The position numbers and the translations under genes are program-made. Of a stretch of DNA of 64,000 bases, positions 12,261-25,510 are shown one piece after another. The stretch is from Lama glama (Eukaryota): the NCBI GenBank assembly GCA_028534125.1, contig CM052823.1:27776001-27840000 (forward strand), given 5' to 3'. The notes under the pieces were generated by a model that saw only the letters and a list, made by a program, of their open reading frames with translations, searched no databases and had not been told where the DNA came from. The stretch's first letter is position 1. Each line of letters starts with the position of its first letter.

Positions 12261-14514
12261 TAAGGGCTGAAAACCCAGACGTGAACTGACCCTGGCAAAT
12301 TCCAGCTAGGAAAAAAAAAATCAATATTTTCGTCCAGTCCACGAGAAGCTGTCACGTAGGTTTCTGGATTTCCTTTCTCATCCCCACTGAGTCTGAACAA
12401 CGGTGACCTGTCAACAGAAGTCACCTCCTTTCTCATGAGCCTCCTCACTTTTCTAGATTCTTTTCCTGCTGGCAAAATCCATGGCCTGGCACACTGTTAT
12501 CTGTCCTCCAGTGATCAACATACACTCTGCTGCTCTTGCTCTGCCAGGACCCTCCCTCTGGAATCTTCTTGGGGTCTTTGAGGATATGCAAGTGCATCCT
12601 CCCAAAGAGAGAACATTACTGACTTAGGTGTTTTTAAAGATTTCCTGAAGACACAGTTCACGTAAACTCCAGGGACACTTAATGGCAATATCAGTAGGGC
12701 AAAAGATCAAGATTACAGATCCTCCATGCCCATCGTGGTTTCTGATGCCAGCTGGTCCAAGGCCACACTGGGTCCTACAAACCCATTTTGCACGCCTTCT
12801 CCTGGGAGAGCCACTGGGCTCGGGCTTGTTCTAATTCACGCCTGGAATCAATCATGCTAGTCTCTGCTGACCTGGGCATTCTCATGAAGCGAAGTGATTT
12901 CTCACAAAATTTGAAACCCAATCAGATGAGGCACAGGCAGCTTCACCCCAGGTCACAGATGAATAAACTAAGATGGGCAAAGGGAATACCTCAATTGAGA
13001 GTGCAGGCTGGTTACAAAACCAGAAAGGGGCCCATGAATTGTCACCTCCCATTTCTCTAAGCCAACCCTGAGAAGAGGGCAAAATTAACTAAGTCACGAT
13101 TTTTGTAATTATTTGAAACTGCCATAGATAGTAAGGCTTTGTCTACAAACCATTTTTAATATATTTGGTGATAAAGAGCTAAACTTTAAAGGGTTAACAG
13201 TTCTCTTAAGGTTGTTTCCACAGCTTCTCCAAACTCTAGCCCCAAGGGGCAGGAAAACCAGATGATCAGCACAGGAAAGCCAGGTCCCCTAACATGACCA
13301 TTCCAGCAGGATGTGCTTAATTGTTTGTGTCTGGAGAGAACATAGGAACCAAGTGCAGTTTATCTGATCTGGTGCTCATTAAACAGCTGGCCGGGAGAAA
13401 GAGCCACCCACCACAGGTGCTAAGCTGCACTGAGCTGCCTTGGCCAGCCCAGCAAGCGCTCAGTGAGACGTGGGGCTGGTGAACAGTCTGCCACTTTGTG
13501 AGAGGGCCTAACGCAGTGATGGAGGTTGGCTGTTGGCTGATACGCAGGGCCCTCCTGAATCTGTGATTCAGCTCAGATTGATCAGGGAGTCCATCTTCTT
13601 TATGCCCTGATATGTTAAGACAGTGGCCCAAGCCACCACAAGATCATGACCATCTCCCCTTTTCTTGAGTGTCTCTGACATTAAAAATCTGTCTCCCTGA
13701 ACCTGGCAATTCCCTAGGTGCTGGGCTGCAGTGTGACTTTAACTGCTTCGTATGTCGGTCGCACATTCTGGCCTTTCCTTATTTTCCTATGTTTTCTTGT
13801 CCCATCCACCGTAGTACGACACACATGGCCAGTTTAGATGTAAAGTTCAGCTCATTGCAGCATGGAGGAATTCTAGGGTTCCAACCAGGTAAGGCTGTCA
13901 AAATTAGAATTAGCCTTTATGTTCTAGAGGGCAGAGGCCAGGCCTGATACTGTTCTTGTTAACCAAACAGTTCATATCATAGACGCTCCATCCTTGGATG
14001 AATGCACGACTAAAAGACTGGACTGATGCTCAAGATGTGGGTTCAGTCTCACTCTTCTTGGGACAGTGAAGAGCCCTGGCATGAAAACCAGGAAGGGAGA
14101 GATCGGAACTCTCCCCTGACATCAGTGGCTGGCATACATAGGATGACTCAGTAGGACGTGGGAAGAAAACAGAACCTATGGCATTTTTAAAAAATCTCTT
14201 TCTGGTATGTTTTATGTAACTTACTAGTATAGGAGAACTATATCTTACAGACAGCAGTTTTACGTATTTAGGGGCAACATGCTCAAAAATGATGGGTTGC
14301 AGATTCAAAAAACTTGAAGTTTGCTGTTCTAGGTAACCAACACCACAACAGTGACAAAGGGAAGAGAGCTGCTGAAATGCCCATAGAGGGGTTGGTCCAG
14401 CTTGGAGTCAGCTTTGGATAAACAGAGAAGCCTGTCTGAAGCTTTAAAGAGAAAAATATCAACTTGTCCTTTAAAGAAGCAAATGTCGTCGGCACGACTT
14501 AATGTGACCTGGAC

Positions 14515-14630
14515 GTATATGGAACTGAGATCCAGAAAAGTTAAGGGACTTGCTCAAAATAACACAGATGGTTTGTGGCACAGCTGGCCTTTGAACGCAG
14601 GTCTCCTGATTCCAAATGTAGTGCTTTATC
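14515..14630 (-). mobile_element. MIR SINE fragment
   Basis: 'ggaactgagatccagaaaagttaagggacttgctcaaaataacacag..tttgaacgcaggtctcctgattcc' is the reverse-strand MIR core. Confidence 0.7.
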
Positions 14631-14804
14631 TACTGTTAAAACACACTGCTTCTCTAATGTTCATTTGTAAAGTGATTTCAGGGGGCCTACAAAGAAACGA
14701 CCACCATTATCATATGGAAGCATGGAACCCTTTCAACTCTGGCAAGACAGAAATATGTGATCACGAGCTCTATGCAGTCACCGTATTACCGTCGTGAATT
14801 GCTG

Positions 14805-15005
14805 AGTGTGGTGTACTGGGTGAGAGCATGGACCTTCTAGGTTCCAATGCCAACTAGTTAGGGGATCATCAGCAAGTTATGCAAATGCTCTGTGCTTCTG
14901 TTTCTTTGTTTGTAAAATGGGAGTAATAACCGAATCCACAAAAATGCTAAGATTTTTCATGCTTAGTACAGTATCTGACACAGAACAGACACTCAATAGT
15001 AGTAA
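14805..15005 (+). mobile_element. MIR SINE
   Basis: 'gcaagttatgcaaatgctctgtgcttctgtttctttgtttgtaaaatgggagtaataa..gcttagtacagtatctgacacag..actcaata'. Confidence 0.75.
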
Positions 15006-15339
15006 ATCACTAGCAAAAGGAGTATAAAACATGCATTTATTTCCACAGTGCCATTTAGCACTTTAAATCATGTACCATTTTCTCTCACCACCTAGCAAAG
15101 AAGCACAACTAGCCACTTTAAGCAACAAGGCACCCTGACAAATGAGGGCTTGTGTGATGGTACCCAGAAGATAACACAAGAAAGATATCTCTTCCAGGTC
15201 GAAGAAATCTACACCAGACATGGCCACCCAACCCAGACTTAAGAATAGTTAAAGCACGTCATGTTCCCGTTGCCTTAAGAAACTTAAGGCTAGCCCCACC
15301 CAAAAGTTCTCTCATTTCATCTTCATCTTCTCGAACCTG

Positions 15340-15880
15340 TAAACTGCTGCCTGAGAAGTCTCTTTGAACCACAAAATGACCCTGTTGCTTCCCTGTTTTG
15401 ATGGCTCCCCGTTGCCCTCAGGAAAGAATTCAAACTGACTAGTATCAGAATAAGACCTTCCACCATCTGGCCCCTGCCTGTCTCTACAGACCAACCTCTC
15501 ACCACTCCCTACCATGCCAGCCGTAATCACCTCCCGCAGGCCTCCCACGGCACGTGACCTCTTGTCCATTACACGGGCTTTTCCCTCGGGCAGGAGGACC
15601 TTCCCCTCTTCTTTCTCCTCTTGGGAACTGCTACTGATCCTTCAAGACCCGGCTCAAGGGTCTCCTCACTGGAAAGCCTTCCTAGAGGACTCCTACCCCC
15701 AGATGGGGACTCCTCCGCGCTTCCCCAGCAAAAGCCGGACCCGAGAGCCAGCACAGCACACACTCGTGCATCACGATTCCCCAGTCACCAGGGGCTGCGG
15801 CTTCTGTCTCTGTATCCCCCACCATCTGCCTAGCCCAGGGCCCAGTGGAGAGCAGGCACCGAACAGATATCCTTAGTGCA
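15340..15880 (+). mobile_element. L2 LINE 3' region
   Basis: 'gatggctccccgttgccctcagga..gaccttccaccatctggcccctgcct..tccttcaagacccggctcaagggtctcctc..tctctgtatccccc..gcctagcccagggcc'. Confidence 0.7.
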
Positions 15881-17839
15881 ACTCAGTCTCTACGCTTGTG
15901 TGAAGATGAGAGATCTCTCTTTCCAAAGCAGGGCCCCCAGAGGGCTCCTGTTCTTGCCTCCCCGACACTGTTCCCGCACTGCCTGGGGCTACTCGTCGGC
16001 CCAGGCAGCGCAGGCAAGTGGTTAAAGCCAGCTGCACTTGGTAAGAATTTTGGAGCATATGTGATATATTGGTGAGAAAAACCCCAATGGCAGTTTCATC
16101 CCTCTTTTAGGGGAGTCTAGGTCAAAAGCTTCAAATAGTTCTTTGACTGTCCCTCTTGTAGCTGGAGGTGACTTGTTCATTCATCAAATTCTCATGGAGG
16201 AACGACTATCACCAGGTACCATTCCAGATTCTGGAAATGCAGCACAGAATAGAAGAGACAAGCTCTCCTCAGGGAACTTACGTTCTAACGACCCTAAGAC
16301 AGGCTTTCCTTACTGCCTGGGGCTATCACATCAAAGTGCAAGCTATTTCCCTTCGTTCCAGTTTGGTCCCTGAAGGAGCGAGAAGATTCTTCCTGGCTGG
16401 GCTCTGGCAGCCACTTATTCACTGATGTTGATTTCCTGAGCTCTGCCGTTAAAGATTTCAATGATTTGTTCTCTCTCTAGAGCTCTCCTGGGGGCATGTT
16501 CTCTCTGTCACTCAACTCAGAAGCAATTTATTTTGGTCCTTTTCTAGTGTCTATTATTTCTATATAATAATCTATACATTATAGTTAAAAACAAAACGAA
16601 GTTTGTCTCCTTAATCCCTGGCCCACTGGAGCATCATCCATCCTCTACAGCTGAACGTGACACTCCTGGGACTCTCAGATTCTTATAGCTGCTTTTATGG
16701 GTCTGTTAGATAGAACCCTGGTTAAGAAAAATCAACCTCAGAATCTAAAAAGACCTCAAAGCCTTCTATTAAAACACAGGAACACCTCTCCAACATACAC
16801 ACACATATTTGCATTTCATCCATAAAGCTCAGACCCTCTCCTGAAGGTATGGAGCAATTTTGTAAATTTATACATATTGTAAATTTTGGAAAGGATGTAG
16901 CTTACAGACACAGAGTTCTCTGCTGCTGCACACTTGAGTTATCCAGCTGCCATCTTGCCTTCTCTGGTTTATCCTGCCTGAAGCAGAGGTAAATGATGGC
17001 TGACCACAGGACATAGTCTGTGCTCATGTGCCTGCCATATGTCCCCAGAGAGGAGGTGACTTACACACAGGTAAGCTTAGGCCTCATATCTCATCAGATT
17101 GTAATTATGTAGAGGAGGTAGTGACTTCTGAATAAACAGAAGTGACCTCTCTCTCCCCTGAAAGAAACTCTAGGGCTGACCATGGGCATAAAGAAAATTA
17201 GATCAAAGAAGAGCCAGATGGTTATCTGGAACTGGAAAGAAAATGTTGTCAAATGTTTAAAAAGAAAAACAGTACGTTGCCTTAAAGGCATGAACTAGTA
17301 ATAGGTAAGTAATACCAAAAATTTGATCTAGAAGGGGATTCTGAGAACGGATGGGGCTGAAGGGATCGACAGAAATGCCCAGACCTCTGTACTTAAAGGC
17401 AAACTTATAAAAAAAAATCTGCACACAGTTGTTTAACTAGATGTTAGGCTGGGGGACTCACTCCAGAGGTACTCCCTTCTGAAGGAATCTGCCCTTCAGA
17501 TAGAACCCCTTATAAGGGGAAAATGTCCCTTATCCATGGACCATACTGAAAGGATAGGTGTACTGGCCAGGTTCTTTACCACACGACTTGTTGGCCATGG
17601 CTGACTGGACCAAAAGACAATCCAGCCACAGAATTACCAGGTATGAAAAGGGAAATTGGGCTGATCAGCTCGTAAGGTGAAGAGTCAGTGCTGTGGAAAG
17701 CTGAGGCAGATATGAGAAAAACAAAGAGAATGACCTCAGTTTCAACCTTTCCAATTTCCATGTAATCTGGCTGTCCTGTACTTCCTGTTTGCACACAGCC
17801 ATGAGAATGCCAACTGGAACCTTACAGAAGAATTTAGGA

Positions 17840-18050
17840 GATAAAAATGTAAGTTCTGGAGCCAGACTCCCTCGGTTAGAATCCAGTCTCTGCCAGTAAT
17901 TGTGCTTTCTAGGACTCAGTTCCTTCATCTATAAACTGGGATAGTGATTACTGTCTGCCTCATAGGGTGGTTGTGAGGATTAAATGTGATAATGGATGTA
18001 CAAAGCCAGGTACACAATATACGGCCCATGAATGTTAGCTACAGTATTAA
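17840..18050 (+). mobile_element. MIR SINE
   Basis: 'tctggagccagactccctcggttagaatccagtctctgcc..ctcagttccttcatctataaactgggatagtg..gcctcatagggtggttgtgaggattaaatg'. Confidence 0.85.
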
Positions 18051-18322
18051 TAGGCCTGACTTTTTTAAAAGCAAACTTGAGTGGCTTAGTTTCTTCCTAT
18101 AAAAGAGCCCTAACACAGTCTAGTAAATACTCTCTCCTAGACCTGTGACAAAGCCTGCAGAAAACACCACCGGGGAGGCATGTGGCTACCAAGAGTCCTG
18201 ATGGTATCCCTTCTGCATGCATATATCTTCTCTTAGGAGACTGTCTCTTTGAGAGCTTGGATGGAGATGCATTCATCTTGGTATTCCTGTGCCTAACACA
18301 GATAAGAGCCTCAATGGATAAA

Positions 18323-18503
18323 GAGTGATTCTCAAAATATGGTCCCTAGAACAGCAGTATTAACAATTCCTGAGAATTGGTTAGAAATGCAAATTCTCGC
18401 CCCCCCAACCGAAGACTGGCTGAAACTCTGAGAGTGGGAGCTCAGCGATGTGTGCATTAATAACCCTCCAGGTGATTCTGATGCTAAAGTCTGAGAGCCA
18501 CTG
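18323..18503. mobile_element. MER5A (hAT-Charlie) DNA transposon
   Basis: 'gtgattctcaaaatatggtccc..ttggttagaaatgcaaattctc..ccctccaggtgattctgatgc..aagtctgagagccactg'. Confidence 0.85.
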
Positions 18504-19269
18504 GAACGAAGGTTCTACTGGGGAAACACTACCACTCCACATCCTTGACTGAAGACCAGCCCTATTCTTCCTGGAGAAATCATTCATTTTTGAGCATGTG
18601 GCTTAAGAAGGGATGGACATGGAACACGGATGCATAAGGGAGGAAGGAGAAGTGTTCCTAGCCAGTCAAATAAGTCTCATCAATCACGTTGATCAAGTTA
18701 AAAACAGACTATCCTCACATTCTTGCCAATGGACTATCGTCACGTTCTTCTCACAGAAGCTTCAGGAAAAATCATAATCTCCCTAACATCGCATGTCAAA
18801 TGTCCACGATCCACACTGCCTACTTCTCACTTCTCATCCCTTGCATTCTCCTACCTGCCCTCTGCATCCCCAGTCTCAAGGAATGGTCGGCAGTTCTTCA
18901 AATGACCTTGCGCTTGCCACTGTACCTTTGGTAATGCTCTACCCCCTATCTTGAACATCATTCTTCCATCTCTGTATCCTTAGCATGAAGTATAGTTCCT
19001 AGTGCATAATGGGTGTCCCATTTCCCTTAATATCTGATGAGTTCATTATCTCCTTACCTCCAATCTCCCTATCCCTAAGCCATCTTACACATCTCTTCTT
19101 GATAGTCTCCAGAGTATATAGTTATGATCATTTTATCATAAAACCTAAATTCAGCCTGGCATTCAAACTCTGGCCCCAACCTACTTCTAAATTTATTGCA
19201 CATGACCTCCTACATTTACCCTCAGTCCCAGGCAAATGGGGCTCCTCTGTCCCCTTCCCAACATACCCT

Positions 19270-19680
19270 ACACTTCCCTACAACACAGATCCTGGTGCCC
19301 TCCAGAAACTAAAGGATACAGGAGTGATTGAGAGTCCCTTCCCTTGAGAATATTACATGAAACCAAAGGAGGCAGACCATAAACTCATAAATAAACTGAC
19401 AAGGTCAGGTAGGGATAAGGGCAATGAAGAAAAGTGAAGGATGAGAAGGATGGGATGGGAGTAGCAGTTTCACCTTAGATAGAGAGGTAAAGGAAGACCT
19501 CTCTGAGAAGATGACACTTGAGTGAGACTGAAGGTAGTGAGGAAACAGGCCAAGGGAGGATCTGGACAAGCTCTCCAGGCAATGGAAGCCCAGAGTCTGA
19601 GGATAAAGACAGTGGGCTGTGGGGCTAGAACAGGTTTTGAGAAGGGGAGAATGAAGGGAGATAAGGGCAGACAAGGCCTA
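19270..19680 (-). mobile_element. L2 LINE fragment
   Basis: 'gagaggtaaaggaagacctctctgagaagatgacacttgagtgagactgaagg' is reverse-strand L2. Confidence 0.7.
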
Positions 19681-21887
19681 TTTTGAACTTAATGCCTTAG
19701 CTCACAGCGTCTCCTGATCTTTCCTCTGCCTGTTGAAATCCTAACCATCCCTCGAGGCCCATCGCTTACATCTTCCTTCCTGGACCCTTCAGACTCCCTC
19801 TCTGCTGAAAGAGATGTTTCCATCCCCTAAATCCTGGAGCCTGTGGTGCCTACCATTCTTGTCTAAAATACTGCCTACATTCTACTGAATGCAGTTCTCC
19901 TTTAGAATTATTCTCAAACTACACTGTCAATATCTTGAGGGCAGGGCCATATCTTGCGTGTTTCTGGATTTCCTGTGACATTAATGTAGTGCATACAGGA
20001 GGGGTTCTACAACTCATGAAATCATCAGGTCAGAAGGCACTTAAAGGTCTCTTCCTCTAGCCAAAAAGGTTTTGTTTTTTTTCTTGGAGGAACCAGAGCT
20101 CTAAAACTATGCTAATGTATGCAGGAGTGCAGCTAATGCACAGGAGATACAGCTTAATCCAACTAGTATTTACTGAGTGGCTTATCAGAAAAACAAAGAA
20201 AAGCAAAGCCCCTAGAGAGATCCGAAGCTAGGTTACAGCTCAGCTGGACTTTCCTTGGGCCAGACCACCTTGCCAGACCTGGTTACGGTTCTCCCCAAAC
20301 CCTAGTCAGCATCCCCAATGAATTCTGAAAGTTTTCTCATGCCACATGGCAACACAAACTAAGTTATCCCCTGGTACCACTCCTAGAAACCAGCATTCTT
20401 TCCTTCTTTATGATCGCTGACCAGGACGCCTCTCATCCTTGCTGCAGAATTCTCTTCGATGATGGTAAACAAGGCTCTCCTCTCAGAGAATCCTGATTGG
20501 AAGCGCTCCGGGATCACATCCCCTCTTGGCTTCCCGTTCTCTGGGCTTTTGGCCCCGTCATCTCTGTGGCTGAAGAAATTGGCAAAACTGCCTTTGGTGT
20601 TCTCGTCCCTTCTGCCTTCATGACCCTGAGACATGAACAGGAACATGTGTAGATCTGGGAAATGAGCCAGCATATCCTAAATAGTGCTGAGGTCTGAGGG
20701 TGAGAGAAAAAGGCTTTCAAAACATCTAGCCCAGCTCCCCTACGAGCCACCTCAAAGACTGCTTCCCAAAGAAATCTTCTGGCTCTCACCTAATTTGATC
20801 TTAATGCACCTCATGCTTCAAATGTGTCTCTTTTTGGCAAACTCTCACTGGCAAAACAGAGCTCCCGACCAAGGAGGGCTTCCTGGTGGTTGACTTCCCT
20901 GTTCCCTTTTTCCTTCTGATCTCTCAGCTGTGCTTCTATTGCCCCCTGGCCTCCCTGCTGAAAATCCTCAGCAAGTTCCTCTCCCTTGTGAGCTTGACAG
21001 CTTTTCTGATGTCTGTTGGCTGTGCCTGGCCCTTCTCAACTTTAGAAGCCCCTACCTCACATAGTATTTAGGCTTTCTTTAGCTAAATGCCACAGGGTTT
21101 GGGGAGGCAGGGCACTCTGAATGTCTCATCCTTTGCTATAAATTAGGCCTTTCATGGTATCTGAACAAGTTGCTGGAAGGGCTCCGGATTCTTGAATACT
21201 AGGGGCAGTAGAGCACAGGTAGGTGCGTGTCCCCTTGTGAAAAGAAGCATGTGAAGTTGTGTGTGTTGATATATGTCTGTGGCTTGGGAATCAAAACTGA
21301 AAGGTCACCAGGACACAAATTTGTTTATCCCCAACTCCCTCTTAAGAGGCAGCAGTGTGCAAATCTGGGATTTCAGGGGAGGGGCTCTGACTTCTGTTCC
21401 CGGCATTGCCACCTCTCACTCACTGTGTGGCCTTTGGGCAACTCCCTTCTCGTCTTCACACTTCAGTTGCTTGAGATGGATTAAATGATTCATCCTATTA
21501 AGACATTTTAAAATACTATGGAAATGCTAATGTTAACAGTGTTGATCACTGTTGTTAATATTAACCTTGCAGTCATGTGGTGACACTTCTTGTTTTCAAA
21601 GCACTAATTATAAGCACCCTGCACCCATGCCCCTGAGAGGTGAATTTTTGCAGCTGCCCCACCCATACGCACTGGTACGCGGTCCTACCCAAACCAATGA
21701 ACATTTAGTCTAGGGTTGGGCTGTGGAGGGCCTTGGAGCCAAAGTGTGGACAGAATTCTGCTAACTTGACCAATCCCCCAGAGTTTGTGGTTAATGGATT
21801 ACAAATTTGGGTAATGCTGGACAATAAATTATAACTATAATAATAAAGTTGAAAGTACACACAATTGAAGCAGAAAGACCCATGTTT

Positions 21888-22019
21888 NNNNNNNNNNNNN
21901 NNNNNNNNNNNNNNNNNNNNNNNNNNNNNNNNNNNNNNNNNNNNNNNNNNNNNNNNNNNNNNNNNNNNNNNNNNNNNNNNNNNNNNNNNNNNNNNNNNNN
22001 NNNNNNNNNNNNNNNNNNN
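21888..22019. other. Sequence gap (132 N)
   Basis: Run of N. Confidence 0.99.
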
Positions 22020-24154
22020 ATTCATACCATGCTTTGAAGTCTGCCCTCTTCACAACCATGAGTCCCTGATTTGTCCCCACCATTCTGAGCTGTTTCTGCT
22101 GGCTGAATTTATTTTAAAAGAGACACAAGCCACGCACTTGCAAATAATCTTTCAAATGGACTCCAGCTTTTTGCAAGGATGGTTTGTTAGGGAATATGAA
22201 ACCCAAAATATTTTCTTTTACACATGAAATCAGCCATCAGTTCAACCAGAATAGAAAAGTTTCCAATACTAAAACAAGAAACCGTTCTTGGTTCTAGTAA
22301 ATACAACTTTTTCTCTTGTGTTCGTCCCATGACCCATCCAGGCACTTTTCATTTTTAGTTTTTAAGGCTATTTTCCACCGACAACTATTGATACAGATAA
22401 GAGGATATTAACATGCCACCTGAGGCTCCTAAAATGAGCAGTGTCACTGCACTTAAGTAACTGCTATCCCAATAAATCATCAGAGGAAAGAAAGGCAATG
22501 GCTGAGGTTGAGCAGAGCTTCAGTCTTGCTCAGGGCCTACTGTCACCATATGTCATCCTCACCTATCAACTGTGCCGGGGTGGACAGGGGCTCAGCCAGA
22601 CCTTCTGCTCAAATCTCAGGTGACTTCCGAATAGGGTATGGTGTCTGAGGCCAGCTGGACTGTTAGACCCCTTCTCTACTGATCATCAGGGGCAAAGAGA
22701 TGTTCTCTATGACCAAGATCCAATCATCCTTAGTGTCTTCGATGACCACCAGGAAGAACTGCCAAGGGCACCTAAGAAACACGTCCGTGGCCACAGAACA
22801 GCCGCAATAACCTAGTGAGTAATCAGTCCCTGAACTCCATAACCTGTCAACAGAACAAAAAACTGCAGCAGAAAATACTTTGACTCAAAGTGCCTGGTCG
22901 AGAACAATGTAGATCATCAAGTCAAAAGTCCTGATTACTGCCCTCGGGTTCACAATAGAACTCTGGTCAATTTTCATTAAGTCTCAACCGTTCCATTCTC
23001 CCACCAGAATGAATAACGTTTGTGAAAGGCAGGCTGAAAATGGACAAGCACGCTGCACCTATGAGGAGTTATTTTAACTAAATAGGACAAATTCAACGTG
23101 TCCTCTCGTTCCTGCTCCAGGCACAAAGCCGTGGGGCAGGAGAACGGCAGGAGAGTTCTTTGGGGTCCACGACTCCCTTCTTTGGCTCTCCCACCTGGGG
23201 GCTGGATAATTCACCAGCGGAATGAATCCTCAAAGGGAATCAAACCATGGACCCGAGCAGTGAACGTGGGTCTACACGATCCAAGCAACAACCCAGCCAC
23301 AGATTTAATAAGGGAAAAAAGCCCCTGCAACACAAAAACAAAGAACACTCAACTTTACAAACGCTGGGAGGGCAACAGCTGGTCAGCCGAGATGAAAGGA
23401 GCGTGAGAGAACACCTCCCCAGCTCCCGACACCCCCTCCTGCGGAGAGGTCCCTGCAGCCGGCCCGGCTCGCTTCTACAGCCCCGTGCAGATGACCTTGT
23501 TCCAGCTAAGACAGGAGCTCTTTTGATCTCAGCAGGGGGATGCTCTGGGCCTGCAGCTGGCAGATATTAATAGTACAGGATCCGCTGGGGTGGAAGAGAT
23601 CTCTCAGTTGGGCCAGGTCACTTGTAGTCCCTGTTCTGCGTCAGAGAAGAAGGGACTTCATTTCCCTGACTCAGCCCCTGCTGGGGACTTCTCTCAGGTC
23701 ACCTCAGATCATTTGATCACTGGCTGCTCCCAGGCGCTTGTTCTCACCCCACAGCTGTTTTCAAGGGAGCACTGTTTAAGCAGTGCCCTCTGCTCTGCAG
23801 CTGAAATCTATTACAGGACAGGGTGAACCTCAGGCTCAGACCATCTCACAGTGTGTTGCTCACTCTCACCGGCTTGCACACACTTCTTGTGTGCACGTTT
23901 ATGTGGGAGAGAGGCAGAGAGAGCAAGGGACAAGAGGCAGACAAGAGCAGAAGCATTTACAGAGTGAGACAGAGCCAGCAATAGGGGGAGAGGAGGCTGC
24001 TACAGGCACGCCACAGTATCAAAGCAAAGATTTCTGACGGTGTTTTCTATTATGTATAATCTAGGACCACAAGGTCACTCTTCTCACTCTGTAAATCAGA
24101 AATTTAAAACCCCATCAATGAGTGAACGCTCCCGATCTTCAGACCTGCATCACG

Positions 24155-24290
24155 ATCTTATAGTGTTAGAGCTAGAAAAGGCTTTAGCCATCTTATGTTC
24201 ATCTAATCTGTCATTTAACAGAAAAAAACTGAGGCCCAAAGTGATGAAGAGACCTGGCCAAGATCACAGAGCTAATAACACAGTGGCAAA
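24155..24290 (-). mobile_element. MIR SINE fragment
   Basis: 'tcatttaacagaaaaaaactgaggcccaaagtgatgaagagacctggccaagatcacagagctaataa'. Confidence 0.75.
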
Positions 24291-25349
24291 GTCCATCCGA
24301 CAAACGCTTAAAAGAACGACAAAGGCAATTTATGCATTTTAATCAGGGTGGCATTAACAACCATTGCAATACATTTGAATAGGTATAAATGTTCTAAGAA
24401 ATTCACTCATTTTCATTCACTGGTAAGAAACTTCATCATAGACTTCAGGAAAAAATATTTCTATAGCCTCTACCTGCTTAGCTATGCAAGGAAAAGATCT
24501 AGAAATATCACTTTCTTCCATTCTCACTTGGATTTCATAATAAAAAAAAGCTGCCTAAGGACGAGCTGGTCAGACTCCCTTTGCCGTGAACATGACTTTA
24601 CCATTTTCTTGAAGCCGTTACACTGGAGCCCAAAGCAATTCCCTTTGTATCTGTTTTGCTCCTTTCCTTTGCTTGGGATAAACCAGGAAGCCAGGACAAG
24701 GAAACACACTCTTACTGGTTTTCAGACAGGGAAACAAGCTATTCTCTACCAGTCCCCTCCTCAGAACTGAATAAATGTGCATGTGTCATAAGTACAAGAA
24801 CAATTTTTACCCACATTAATAGGTGCTTTATGTGACTCTCATGGCTAACTGTTCTTGTAAAGCATTTACTATAGTATTGGTTCAGCATTTCTTTACTGCC
24901 TACGATGTGCCTAGAACTTGGCTGGTCACTCAGGCACAACAGACATACAAAAAGAATACAAGACAGCTTGTGTCCTTCAAAAAATCTGCCAACCCATTTA
25001 ACCATGAAAAGTTAAATTATTTTTTGAGATCTTTTCTTTCTATTGCTGATCCGGCAGAAGGACCACAGAGGAGGAAGAGTGAGACCGAGGCTGACTGGAC
25101 CAGGCGAGGAGGACTAGTCGGAGAGGTGGTCTGTAAGTAAACCTGGAAGGAGTCGGGGGATTTGAGAAGAAAAGCAGCAGTACAAGTGAAAAGGGGAGTG
25201 CTATTCTAGAAGGGTGAGCTGTCTCTGCAGAGGCAGGGTGGCAGGGGTCGGAAGGGCAGGCAGAGTCGGCAGGCTGGGTGGAGGAGCTTCAAGGAGGGTG
25301 AAAAGGAAGGAAAGGGCAAGCTATGAAGAGTGAAGAAGCATCAACTTGA

Positions 25350-25510
25350 TCTAGTGCTTTTCTGGGAAACAGATCCACACAAAAGTAAAGTAAATTTTTA
25401 GTCTTTGCTGATTTCCATTGTGTAAATACTTCCACCCTGACTGATTTCAGCCTAACAAACCACAAATTCCTGAGTATTTTTAAATCAGCTTATTGACTTT
25501 AGTCCATTCT
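25350..25510. mobile_element. Probable MER63-family (hAT-Blackjack) remnant
   Basis: 'ttgctgatttccattgtgtaaatacttccaccctgactgatttcagc..aaattcctgagtatttttaaatcagct' resembles the MER63 consensus as I recall it. Confidence 0.5.

Noticed and set aside
20610-20625. 'QGHE' resemblance to the short RAD51B C-terminus (QGHERP/QGQEKP as I recall)
   Set aside because: The true last exons follow exon 10, far downstream, and the phase differs; a 4-residue match is probably chance.
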